From NCBI RefSeq assembly GCF_002571385.2, contig NW_019218153.1, positions 70,907 through 134,906 on the forward strand: DNA of 64,000 bases, given 5' to 3'. Position numbers and translations under genes: made by a program. Positions within the stretch are counted from its first letter, which is position 1. The number at the start of each line of letters is the position of its first letter. Under the pieces are notes generated by a model that was not told the origin of the DNA, ran no database searches, and saw nothing but the letters and a program-made list of their open reading frames with translations. This document shows positions 23,201-36,600 of this stretch, one piece after another. Source of the DNA: Stylophora pistillata. Taxonomy: Eukaryota.

Positions 23201-26200
23201 AATTTTACTAACCATGTCGGGTTAGTTGGACACATTTTTAGTAACCAAATGTTGAAAATTACTAACCATTGGTTAACGGGTTACCATTAATTTTGAGCCC
23301 TGTTATTAATGTCCCATGCTGCAAAAAATTTCTATACAGAAGGAGAATTGGAAAAAGTGGCTGAGAGAAAGGATTTGTGCATTATATTGTTCAACCTGTA
23401 TTCTTAATCTGTGCATATGTTTTTCTGTCTTCAATTTAGACCCTGATTGAGGCGGCTGTTGATGTGAAAACCACTGATGGTTACCTATTGAGGTTGTTCT
23501 GCATTGGTTTTACAAAAAAGCGAGCCAACCAAATCAAGAAGACAGCTTATGCCAAGCATTCACAAGTGAAAGCCATTCGCAAGAAGATGGTGGACATCAT
23601 TACACGTGATGTGAGCACTGGTGACCTCAAGGATGCAGTTAACAAATTGTAAGTAATGTAACACTGTAGAAACTACACCACTGACAACAGTCCATCTCAG
23701 GATTACCCTCACCTGAAAAATCAGACTACATGTACACAATCAAATGTAAAAATTGTACATGGTGAAAGAGCAGTGTAAAGAGTATGGGATTGAATGTCTT
23801 ACTAACGTCATTTTCCCAGTCTGTACTATAAGTTACAGAACCATGCTTTTTCTGCTCAGATTTATGGTGCATGTTGTTTGTGCTTGGGCTTTGCAGTTGG
23901 CTTATGAATCTGAGCGGAAAAAAAACTTGTTCTACAACTTACAACCAGGAATGTAAAATGGTCACTGCTATGTGGTGGGGATGAAAAAAGAAAGAATATG
24001 TTTATTTAGCTTAGGAAGATTAATTGTTTTGTTTGCTCTAGATTTCTGTTTTCAATACCTGGATTTGAAATTGTTTGTGAAAGGTGAAAGTTTGCATTAC
24101 TAGCTCATTTCCCCCCCCATTTCCATGTGATTGTCTCTGTAGGAATTCTGAAGGTATTCAGATTTTCTTTAGAGGCATTGGTGTTATTGTTGGTGGTTCA
24201 TGTAATTCCTCAATGAACAATAGTAACAATACAATTAATTATAAAGAATCTTGCACCAGAACCCTTGCAAAACTGCCCTATTTACTTGAGAGAAAGCTGT
24301 TGGTCATATACTTCAAGAGAACGTCATAGCCTATTTTGGTTTCATTCCTTAGAATTCCAGATGCATTTGGCAGAGACATAGAGAAGGCATGTCAGTCCAT
24401 CTACCCTCTTCATGATGTGTTCATCAGAAAGGTCAAGGTTCTCAAGAAACCTAAATTTGATAGTAAGTTTGCTTTCCATTGCTTTTACAGGGTTCCTGCA
24501 CTCCTTGATAATCCTTGAAAGTCCTTGAATTTAAGTTTTTGTTTTCAAGGACTTGAAAACCCTTGAATTTAGTCTCACGTCCTTGAAAATTTGTGAAAAG
24601 TCTTTGAAAATAAGTGAAGATGAATCAAAGTCAAAGTTTTCTTTTTGATGTTGAAAGTATAAGTTTCTAGCACAAATCTTGAAAACAAGTTTTTCCTTCA
24701 AGTCCTGCATCCAATTATGATGTGTGATATGTGATAAAGAGCAATGTTTTTTTATTTCTGTTAGCTCCTATTTAGTACAAAAGGCTCTTGACTTTGAGAG
24801 CCAAGGTCCATGAAAATGACCTAAAAAGTCCTTGAAAGTCCTTTAATTGGGTTTCTGGAAAAGTGCAAGAACCCTGCTCTTACAAATGGGCATCAAAACA
24901 ATATGATGTGTATTGGTTTTTACACTGCATTTACTGAAATCAGGGTCACCAAGACATAAGACTAAGAAGGGACTTTGTAACATTTAACACCTCAAATCTT
25001 GCATGGTCTTAAGCCATGGTTATTAAATACAGCCATTCAATCTGTACCTCTAGAGTGCAAAAGCACTTATTACCAATAAGGTAATAGGATAAAGCACCTA
25101 CTTGATAGAAAGACTCTACTTACTGTGATTAGTGCTTTTGTTTTCAGTAAACTTTTTTACTGTTCGACCGTTTGGGGTAATGCTTCCAAAACTAATGTAA
25201 AAAAGTTACAGTTGGTTCAGAACTTTGCTGGCAGGATAGTTCGTAGTCTTAGAAAATATGATCACATTTCCGAAGGCTTAAAGTCACTTAAATGGCTTTC
25301 CGTTTCTGATAAATTATTTTTGTACGATTCCATTATGGTCCATAAGTGCATGAATGGTAGAGCTCCTGGCTATCTTATTAAGAAATTCATGCGTAGATCA
25401 GAACTTCATGACAGAAATACGCGATTTAAAAAAGATCTAAATCTGCTGAGATGCAGATTAAAAACTTGGCAACGATCTTTTGCCTATAGAGGGGCTACCT
25501 GCTGGAATAGACTCCCCAAAGACCTTAAAAGAAGTGGTGAACTCTGGTACTTTTAAGAAGAGACTTGTAAATATGCTTTTACCGGAAAATTGAATTATCT
25601 TTATTTCCCTTGTTGTTAATTTCATTAGTTGTTACATTTCATTCCTTTGTCTTATCTTGTAATTTTAATATATTGTGGCTGAAAAGCCCTGTAAAGGGAG
25701 CTTCAATAAATGTATGTAGGTATGTATGTATGTATGTACCAAGGGTTTGAACTTGTCATTAAATACACAGCACAGTCCAATAACCATTGTTCATCACACA
25801 AGTTAAGATTACTGCAGCTAATATTTGATGGACTTAATTTGGAAGCATTGGGAATTGTTTTCTTAATAAAGGCTTTTTGGTTTGTTTTCATAGTCTGGGT
25901 TGCCCCAGTTTTAGTAGCTGGATTGAAAAATAAGAAAATTGATATCATTAGGGAGAGTTGATACCATGATTTATCTAAAGCCAAGTAACGCAGGCATCTT
26001 GCTCATGGAACTTTCCCGCAACATTTTGGCTCTAAAAATTGTGGCAACATGTTAATAGTAATTGCCAGATCAAGTTTTTGGAACACATTTTTTCAACTTG
26101 CAACAACAAGTTGCACACATGGGGTAATACAGGTCACTCCTCTTTCAACTTTCAGTACAACATTATCTTGCAACAAGTCGAAACAAAAGACAACTTGTAT

Positions 26201-26367
26201 AGTTTGGTTGTAATGGTTTAAGATTAATAAACATATCCTGTACTTTTTTTTCAGTTGGAAAGCTAATGGAGATGCATGGCGAGGGAGCAAGCCACACCAC
26301 CACAGATGAGAGTGGCACCAAGATTGAGCGTGACAGCTTCGAGCCACCTGTGCAGGACTCTGTGTAA
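20282..26367 (+). CDS. RPS3A: 40S ribosomal protein S3a (eS1), 260 aa; exons 20282-20340, 20641-20744, 20976-21163, 23440-23648, 24353-24462, 26255-26367
   Basis: [35 protein letters not shown]...[24 protein letters not shown]...[21 protein letters not shown]...FEPPVQDSV. Six exons sum to 783 nt in phase. Confidence 0.98.
21359..22468. mobile_element. Non-autonomous piggyBac-like element in RPS3A intron 3
   Basis: Imperfect termini (c)TAA-CACATTGACAC ... GCGTCAATGGG-TTGA resembling TTAA-CCC ends; no coding capacity. Confidence 0.5.
22829..23302. mobile_element. hAT-like MITE (CAGGGCT termini); similar elements at 24488-24876 and 26628-26813
   Basis: CAGGGCTTGAAGTTAAT ... ATTAATTTTGAGCCCTG; CAGGGTTCCTGCAC ... 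GTGCAAGAACCCTG; CAGGGCTTGACACTAAC ... GTTAGTGTTGAGCCCTG. Confidence 0.7.
25060..25738 (+). mobile_element. 5'-truncated L2/CR1-group LINE 3' end in RPS3A intron 5
   Basis: ORF 25125-25556 [11 protein letters not shown]...[13 protein letters not shown]...YDHIS..LKSLKWL...[15 protein letters not shown]; tail AATAAA(TGTA)n. Confidence 0.85.
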
Positions 26368-27688
26368 AAATATGCAGTGAAAATTGAACATAGCAAATTA
26401 AACTTCTGAAAGAAAAGTTGTGATTGTGTTTATTGCATGTATCAAAGAATGTTTTAGTAACAGTGTTTAGGCCCCAATTACAGGAACGACATAGGGTAGG
26501 TCAAATGAAATTTCTGATCTTACATTTGTTTCGTTTTTGATATTTCTGCCACTCTAATTCCATCAAAGTCGAAGGATTATTATGGTAAACTAAGTTTGGG
26601 TGAAGTCATATTTTTCTTATGGGCTATCAGGGCTTGACACTAACTTTTCAACTTACTAGCCAAATGGCTACCGACATCTTAGATGTTTTTAGATGTTATG
26701 ACAATTTCAGTCTGTTTACTAGCCAAACTGGCTAGTGGAAATTGAAAACCACCAGCCAAAACTGAATTTCTACTAGTCTGTGGCTAGTGGGCTACCGTTA
26801 GTGTTGAGCCCTGGCTTTGTAGAAATGGAGCAGAAGCTGCAGCATCTTTGATAATATTAATGTTGTTGAAACATTTTCAGAGATCCTGCCAAGGGAAATT
26901 ACAAGAACTAGAATAGTAAAAAGTTGATATGTTATTATCTAAGGAGAAACAGTTCGGAAAGTTCTAAAATATCCCAAAAGCGCATGCGTATGGAACACTA
27001 CAATAAGTTCTACCAATGAACATAGTACACAGTCTGATTGGTCTCTTCAATTTCCAAGCGATGCTTCACCTGGTCATATAGCTCGCTTGTAACTAGTTGT
27101 GTCATTAAAGAAATAGAACGCATTTCTTCTGGGCTCTACAACGTGAAACAGCCACACGGGATGTTGGAAGAACACTCCAAAGCATATAAATCACACGCCT
27201 TCAGCTTGTAATTTCTAAGCTTTCCTCGTGTTCACTCAACATTCCAAGTGGCTTTATCACATTACAGAGCCTAGGAAAATGTGATCTATTGCCCAAACTT
27301 GACAGGCCAGTGACTTACAAGAGATAATCATTGTTTTTTTTCATTAATCCGAGTAGAATTATTTGTGGAAGAATAAGTTATTCTCGTTATTTACACACTT
27401 ATTTCTAGCTATAAAAGATCACTTTAGATAATATTTGCCAAAAACTGTAGAAACAAAATTATTCGCTGAATTTTATACGGATGAGCTTAACGTCATGTTG
27501 AGTAATCTTCCCAGGAAGCCATGACCAGACAAGTGACGTGACACTTATTTCCCTGACAAATTTCCATTGAGACCTTGATTCGTGCCGTCACAAAACATTA
27601 AATACGATGATTTGGGGTGTTACGTGATGCTCTCACTTGAATCCCAATTGAACTGTCACGCAAAGCTCACAAGTGGTTTCCCGAGCCG

Positions 27689-30600
27689 TTAGTCATTTCC
27701 CTCCAACATGTCCTTTACAGTTTGATAAGTGCACCTATCCATCTCAGGACCGATTTCTGCCAGAACGTCATCCACTAAAGCGCGTTGTCTGGGTTGCTGA
27801 GAAATGATCAATTCACCAAAAAGGTAGATACCCATTCCCTGCAAATGGAGACAAAACATGATAAAGCAATTGATAACGTTTAAAAAGTCCCCTTCACCTA
27901 GCTTGGCGGGGACTTGACTTACGCATGAACAGAATTCCGGGTTATTTAAACAATTCAGGTCTTGTCCAGCTTGAAAAGTTTAACCAATTTGTTTTAAAAT
28001 ACTTTTTCAATCATTGCCAATCTTCGCCATCCTTCACCATTCCTGATCCTTACCATTTTATTCTAACACCTTCAGCTTATCTACCCTGGCTAAGGATTAT
28101 TTCATAGCAATCCAATTGACTTGAAAAATAATGATTACAGGTGGAATTCGAGCAGTTTGCCGTAACCAAGACCTATGTAGAGGACCCCGGGGCAAGTGAT
28201 TGGAGACAATTTCAGTAATGTGTTTTAAAAAATCTTTGTTGCCACCTAAGAGTCCTCTTTACAGTTGTGGGCTTGGTGGCCAAGCCTTTGAACAGGAGTG
28301 AGGCTAAAGGTGACCTTGTTATGATACAGCTGTTGCTGCTTTTCAAATGCAAATTTCTTTGTATCATGCTAACTAGATACTGGTCTCTATCACAACAATG
28401 TCACCCCCAGCCTAACTTCGAATCAAAGGCTTGGCAACTAAGTACACAACTGTGAAATGGTCTATTCAGATCAAGAGGTTACAAATGTTGTTCGCAACTT
28501 TGTTCCCAGGGCGTATAATAAATAATAATAAATAATGGACTTATTTAGCGCTATATCCGACTGCTCTATGGCGCTTTACAATACTGAGTTAAAAAGATAA
28601 TGACTACAATTGATTAAAGACAAAATAATTAAGACAAACAATCACATAAAATCACAAAATATTTGAAAAGAAAGCTTTTTCAAAAAGGCAAGTCTTCAGA
28701 CATTTCTTAAAAGCAGCCAAAGAAAAACCAGGCTACGTACAGGCCTGATTTTTTTCAGGTCTGATTTTCGCTATTGCCTAAATAGCGCTATCTACTGCGA
28801 GGATCGTGCATCATACGTATCTAATACCGCAGTTCAAAATATATGAGCTTCACATATTTATTCTATCTCAAAAACCAGGCTGTCTCATATGAATGGGTAG
28901 AGCATTCCACAACCGTGGGGCAGCCACCGCGAAAGCTCTGTCACCATAAGACTTTTGAATAGACCTTGGGACAACCAGAAGAGACTGTTTGGATGACCTG
29001 AGACTACGACTGGGGATATACGGTGTTAGCAAATCACTAAGATAAGAAGGGGCTAAATTATTCAGAGATTTAAAGACCAACAACAAGATCTTAAAAGCAA
29101 TGCGATGCTCTACTGGTAACCAATGGAGCTCCCAAAGTAATGGTGAAGTATGACCAAATTTGGGACAACGCTTAACAAGACGAGCGGCACAGTTCTGTAC
29201 AGACTGTGGCCTCTGAGTCTGGTATTTTGGTAGCCCGTATAAAAGGGCATTCCCATTGTCTAACCTGCGAGTTATAAGAGCTATTGTAGACTCCTCTGAC
29301 AGATAGCTCCTAATTTTGGCGATCTTCCTTAGATGATAAAAAGCCGATTTACATATAGCACCAATATGCTTCTCAAACGTTAGACCATTGTCGAAAACTA
29401 CACCCAAATTACGAGCTGATGTTGATGAATGTACTACGGAACAACCAATTTTAAGAGAAGATAACACGGGACGAGGCCGATACTGAGAACTAATAACAAG
29501 TAGCTCCCATTTGTCGCCGTTCAGCTTAAGCTTATTACAGCACATCCAGTTGACTATCTCACGAGCACAGGCTTCAACCTGAGAAACTGCCAAAGCCTCC
29601 GTATCACGACCCCGGGAATCGAAGGACAAGCACAACTGGGTATCATCGGCATAAAAGTGATAACCCATGTTATACCTTCCAACAATATCCCCGAGTGGTG
29701 AAGTGTGCAGTAAGTAGAGTATGGGACCTAAAACAGACCCCAACAGACACTGGAATCGAGGTTGATCTGTTTGTAATTTGGTAATATCAACTAAGTTGAA
29801 ATTAGATACAATGGATATATGAAGTTCATATATTTTGAACTGCGGTATTAAATACGTATGATGCAGGATCCTTCGCAGTAGATAGCGCTATTTATGCAAT
29901 AGCGCTATTGCGTAAATAGCGCTATCTACTGCGAAGGATCGTGCATCATACGAAAGTTGAAATTGTAAATTGGCCACAGTAAAGGTTTTATAAAACCCAC
30001 ACAACCCACAATTCCTCCACTCGCTCTGAAGAAGGGCTAGCGCTCGAAACATCAGCTCTTAAACACTTTACGGTGGCCAATTTACAATTTCAACTTAGTT
30101 GATATTACCAAATTACCTTGGTACCCCCACCGACGCAGCACCACAGTTTCTTTACAAACTTACTCCCATTATTCATTGATCTATTTGTGTACGGGTAATC
30201 ACCATATTGTAACCTCATAGGAATCACCACGTGATCTGAACTGAGTGACAAGGATGTAAACACGTTGGCCAGATGTACCTTTTGATCTCTACGAAGTGAT
30301 CTGAAACGCCCGACTAAATATTAATTTAAGGATACTACCAGAAATTCAAGAGAGAAAATGTCTTTCGGGTTTTTTTCTACGTACCTGATCCTCTACCAAA
30401 AATTTTTGTACATCTGGTAACCCAGAAGTGTAACTATAACGAGAAAGTAAGGAAATAACTATTTTTAGTAAGAGCGATTATCGAAAAAATCCGGAAGTAT
30501 GTTGGTTTGCTTCCTCTCACTCTATCATTGGTCTGGAAAACTCGCGCCAGACTCAACTAATCAGATGCAAAACGAAAACAACTGCGAATTTGTCACTAGT

Positions 30601-33600
30601 GAATGATCTAAAAAAATTCGCGCAACCCTCTCAGCCAATCAGATGTAAGAGTACAGCAAATTCGACGTGGTCGCTTACGCTCCTCCACAATTCCCACTGT
30701 CTATGAAGCACGACTCTCTTTGGCTCCACTCGCCATTTTGATTTTTTTGGTTTCGTTTTGACGATACTCAGTCGAAAGGCACTCTAACTATCCTTTCGGA
30801 GACGACATTATATCAACGGTGAACACTTGGTATACTTACTTATGTTTTACCACGAGTTCACACCAGCGATGTCGAATCTGCAGAAATGAAACACACGATC
30901 ATTGCCTTAGCACTAAAAATCCAAGGGCTGAGCTATCCTCGTGCTCAACAAACCTTTGTTTCGCTACGTTCTTATTGTCGTCGTAGTCGCAGATTGCTTA
31001 AAGTTACTTTTACGATAATCGGAACGAGCACTGTTGCCACGGAAAAGAAACTTCCATGATTTAATTCAAATTACAAATTTAGTTATAAAAGGTGAAGGGC
31101 AGAGAGACTAAAAATTAAAAGAACATAAAAAGACAATTAGAGTGGTTAAAACTGGAGGATTTACTGGTAAACTGTCTTCAAGGGAACGACGAAATGAGCA
31201 TAGCGACAAAATATTTGACGAACCTCGGCATTTCCGTTTGATAAGTTGTAGCATTTGTCCAACTGACGCAGTGTGTTATGGGATATCGCCTCTCGCTCCA
31301 AAAGTTTTTCCAGCAACAAAACAACTTGTTCAGCGACCTCCTATAAAAGGGAAAAAAGAAAGAAAAGAAACCGCTACATTAACCGTCCGGTAAGGCTTAT
31401 TTGAGATTCCTGAGGCACCGAAGGGAGAACTAAATCGTCATTTGACGTCGGAATTCTTCGGGTCGGTTTGGATCGTTCCGAAATGTACCGACAATAGGTT
31501 AAGACGCTTTTCGGAACGGTACGAGTAAGAACAATGGGCTGCTGTTGTATTTGCATTAAAAATCTTAGAACTCACCAAATTGGAGCTGGGAGGTTTCTTT
31601 CTCTTTCGAACTTTGAGCGTCTTGTTCCGTTTGTTAATCGTATCTTGTTTCTTCCAGACCTGAAACTAAAAATATCCGACAATTTCCCAAAATCAGCACT
31701 TAGATATCGGCATTCAATAAATCAATAAACGCCAATGAAGTAGTTTTCTTCAGCTAAGTTAACCGGGCACACACCTCGTTTTCCACCTGAGAAACAAGTT
31801 CATTGTCCGGGCTGTCAAACCTCTTCGGAAAAGACTGGGAGCAAACAAATAAGAATTTCATTTTAGTAGCACTAATAGCGCTATCTACTGCGAGGATCGC
31901 ACATCATACGTAAATAATAAGCATGCAAAAAATTCATCATGCTCTCTGACTGAGAGGACTTTAATTAGTCCCGAACAGTTCAAAACGTTGAAATAAAATG
32001 TATAATCATTGAAAGGCAATCAAAGTATTTCTCGAGGAATCTGGAATAAGTAAGCATTTGAAAAATATTTACAGACACTAACACCACTAATAAGCTGGGG
32101 TCTCCAGAGCTTTGAAAATCTACACATTTATTCGAGTTTGATATCAAAATCATTTGATTAACTGTATAGAAGTGAAAATTTGAAAACCTTATCAATCTTA
32201 AACTTCAAGGAGTCAGTAAAATGCAATCTAGTCAAAGACTATTAGCTACTTATAGACTTATTAGCAACTTATGTACTTATTAGCAGTGTATTGTTTTCCA
32301 ATTTACAGTAATCTAGTCTCCTGTTAATTTCTGTAACCTTTTTTAAGTACTTCTTTATTTTGTGCTCTTCTTATATTAATGTTTAGTATTCAAAAATAAC
32401 TCTAACTATTTTAAACTTCCTTCATATCTTATAAATTCCGTTTGCTTTTTCTTTTTTCTTGTGCGTGTGTGTGTGCATTTGTGCTTCAATCTTCTTGCTG
32501 ACCTGTATTTTAATTTTATTTAATGCTGATGTTAACCAGCTGCCTGGCTCCGCTAGTTCTTATGGTTAATCCAGGCTTCTAGTACTCCAATTTTTTTCTA
32601 ATAATTTCTTTCAAATTTGTAACTCTTTTGCTTAGAGCAAGTATGAATGTGAGTACAAATAAAGATTATCCGTTGTCCGTTAAACACATCCAGGTCGTTC
32701 AAAACACGATGACACTTCAACGACTTTTTTTAATTCAGTTTTTAGTTACGCAAGTTTAATAAGTATATTATTTTGTTCCTAGCTACATAACAAACTTACC
32801 CTAGGTAATCCAGGGCTTTCCAGCCATTCATGCGTGAGCTTGTCCTTCATTTCTCTTTGACATGAAAGAAGCCAACAATTAATAGAGTATAAGGAAAATG
32901 AAAACGAAGGTAGACGTTGTATCCATCGGTTACGATAGAAGCTCTTGAGTCTTACCTTGGCACATTGGGAAACCTTTCCATAAAGAGGCCGAAGAAGTCC
33001 TATATGGTTATCAAAAAAGAAATAATAAAAAATACAGATTTTACGACATCTTGATAGCCCACAGGCAGAACAGGCCATGTGGAAGCATTTTAGAATATGC
33101 ATTTCACTAAAGCCGTTTCGAATTTCCATTTTATAAAGGAATATACCTAGATAAAGAAATTATGTCTTCAAATTTTGCCGTCAGTAAAAAACTACTTACT
33201 TTGCTTTGCAGCTATTTCTTTACCTATCTTTTTGTGTCTGAAGCCGTTTCAATATCCATTTAGATTTCGAGTTGTACTTCCAATAACAATTACTTTCACT
33301 CTAAATAGACAGTCACAGAAATAACTCATACACAAACTCGTCCTTATACTTGGACATAACATTTAATTACATAATAAAGTCGATCATAAAATTACTTCAG
33401 ACGGTTTTTTCAATATGATGAGAAACTAAATGATCGCAGCACAAACCACTACATCGAATCTTTAACCCTTTACACCCTAACATCAGTATGCATATTCTCT
33501 ATACTGTTCTCTATACATTTCCCAAGGTGCTGACAAGGAGAATTTTTTTTAATAATCAAGAGTTTCTTTAGGTGATGATCATTTCTTTTATTCTCGTGAC

Positions 33601-36600
33601 TCTACTGTTTTATTCAGGGATCACTCTTAGGGTTGAAATGGTTGAGCCATAAAAGTAGACACGGAACTTGCCTCTGAAGTAACAAGTTGTTCTTTGAAAT
33701 GCTGCACATACTCGAACAAAAACTGATCAAATTCTTCAAGTCCAACCATATTCGCCATGCGATGAAGCAAAAAGTAGCCCTGAAAGGAAACAAGACATGG
33801 TTATACTACCATGCGCTGTTGTACAGCGGTTGTATGTAGTATGGGTTACGAATAGGTTCTCATTGAACACAGTTGTCAAACATTGGGCATGCGCACGGGG
33901 ATCAAATTTGGCCGGCCGCACACTCAAAAAAGGTAAGGTCTGCACTTTTATCAAATGGACCATTCAGCCGGAGTTTATCTCGACTTCTGTAAACATAAAG
34001 CGACTAGGATCACGATAAGGAATATTATCACCTCAAAGCCCCCTCTCCCTCCCCACCCTCCTACTCAAAATTTGATCAAGGCTTCCCTGACATTCGGCTA
34101 GTGTCCACCTATTTTTGCCCGAAACATATTACTCGGCCAGGTCTCGAACCCAGACCTCTCGACCCGTAGTCCAGCACGCTGACCATTACACCGCCGCGTC
34201 ACGGCTTCCGCCACTTTCTGTTCAAATGAATATGAAGCAAACAGGGCACACCTTGAGGTAATGAACTTGTGTCCATTTTTTGGAGCAGATTTGACCGAAC
34301 TGGACCACAGTGTGCGGTTTGATAGATGAAGAATCCGGCTGACAAGAACTCCTCTCAACAGCTTCAGCCACCGAAATAGCTGTGAATCATAAAAGCAAAC
34401 GTCAGTGGGACTGTTGTGAAGGTTGCACTAGCTTCCCTGCGTACCAATCTGGTTTCTCTCTCTTGCTGCTCTTTCAAAAGAAAAAAACCTGTCTTTAAAT
34501 GGGCAATGGCTTGTTCGGAAGCCTCACGGTTCCTTTTACCTCGAGGCTCCAGTCCAATCAAACTATGTATTTATCCAAACATATGCTATATATCATACAT
34601 AATTTTCTTGTAACCTCTTTGTAATGGCATTCTTTCTGAACTATAACAGATTTGTTTGTTGTTAAGAGTTTTTGTTACTTGAACTAAAAGGACAGGCTCT
34701 TACCAGATTTCGGTTTCACGACTTTAGGCCTGTAACGAAAAGAAAACATCCCGTTTTGTTAGCTTTACATCCAAAATTATAGGCTTGTCTTGAATTCTGT
34801 ATTACATCCAAAATTATAGATCTGTCCTGAATTCTGTATCAACGATTTCTTTGTTTCTTAGTGTTACAATATTCAAAGCAAGACGTGTACTTAACTCTTA
34901 CAGCTGCAGGAGCCTACTCCCTCTAAGTCGCCTCCATCCCCCACCCCCAAAATGTACTACCTCGTTTGGCTTGTGCCGCCATTCATGGTGAGGTTTTCGG
35001 AGGTAAAGTCATAGCTGAATCTTCATTTCTAAGTCACTGTTACTTGCCACTCCAGAGATTTTCAGCTGTAAGATTTTCTTACCTCAAACACTTGAGACTG
35101 TCATCACATTCTTTGATTTCAGACAACAAACATCTGTGCCGAAGAATTTGCCTCATTTCTCGAAAAAACCTGTCTTTATCCCTGGACCACTACGGGGGAA
35201 AAAATTGAGCAGAATACAGGTCACACAAATACTGTGTCTTAAAACCTGCTTAGTTGACAGTTTTGTGTACGCTGAAGCGATGGGTGGCAAAAGCACGAGT
35301 GGCTTGAGACTGAAGATACTCGCACCTTCGCAGTTCGCCTCTTAGCGCACACAAACCGTAGATGGTGCACAAAGAACGCAGGCTGACAGTCTCAATGCCC
35401 ATTTAGGGCACTTTACGGTCGCTGTAAAAATACCAATATAAAAAAAAGGTATCAAACCAGAAAGAGAGAGGTGGTTCAAAAAAGCAGACCCACCGGCCAT
35501 TTTACAAAGCGCAGCCAAGAAGGAGAACTTGGGGCAATCAAGAACAAATACAGTGAGTAGCATGGTGAAGGTTTTGGACCCAGGACCCCACCAGTGCCCT
35601 AACCACTCGGTCTCTCCCCAGTTCACTCTCCTTCGTGGTACACATAGGTTACATGTTAACCACTTCTGGGAGTTGAAGGGTTCAGTAAGTAAGTAGGTAA
35701 ATAATTGTAAGTATCCAACCTCCTCTGATTGTAAGTCTCCAAGTGTCGATGAAAGTGGTGAAAATTCACCGCTTCGTATGTCGGCAAATTTCCGTCACTA
35801 CTCACCTCCACTTCGGCTATCAGTGTTGGTGCGTTATTTTTTCAGTGTATGTAAGAAACACGAATTGTGCACGCACCCTCTCAGCCTTTGATTGAATCTT
35901 CTCTTCGACGAACGTGGCGAACCCCTCTGAAAGCCATTCCTCTCTCCAATCCTTGGTGCCAACCAGGAGCCCGAACCAGGCATGCGAGATCTCATGTGCA
36001 AGGCGTACACGCATGCTCGCCTCACCAGAAAGAAGAGACTGGGACAGAAACACCAGATTGGGACTATAAGACCGAAAAAAGATGAATATCTCAAAACTCA
36101 ACTTTGAATTTCAATTGTTTGGAACCTGGATTCAAACTAGTCGGTAAGAATGGAATATACACCAACCTTTTGAGTCCCATGCAAGCGAAACACTTTGGCA
36201 AAACCAACATGTCCAACCTTCTGAATGGAAAAGGACCCAACAACTCGCAGGAAGCTTCTAGAAATTTAGGAGCGTATCCTAGCAACTCCTCTGCCGCCCT
36301 GTCAATCAAACTAGGCGGAGCAAACAAACGACACGTTACCGGCACGTTGGGGTTATCACCATTTTTAGTGTCGGCGGTTCTTGATAGCCGGCACTGCCAC
36401 CACCCCACAGCCAATGCCAGAGTTGAGCAGGGAAGAGGACAATCCATCTCATAGTGGTACGTCACTGAAAAATGATTTTAAAAAAGTTTTTTTTTTTCTA
36501 GAAATTTCACGATACGGAATTTAGTTACACACTTGAGGTATGCTGTTTGGAGTAGATGAGACTTATTTTTACGAATATCTCCGTTAACTTCTGAATTTAA

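Noticed and set aside
20341-26254. SNORD73-like C/D snoRNA or telomerase RNA in RPS3A introns
   Set aside because: No convincing RTGATGA...CTGA unit with terminal stem and no CTAACCCTAA template found by eye.
34132-34200. tRNA gene on the minus strand
   Set aside because: A and B boxes are present but there is no proper acceptor stem; it resembles the head of the SINE at 14062.
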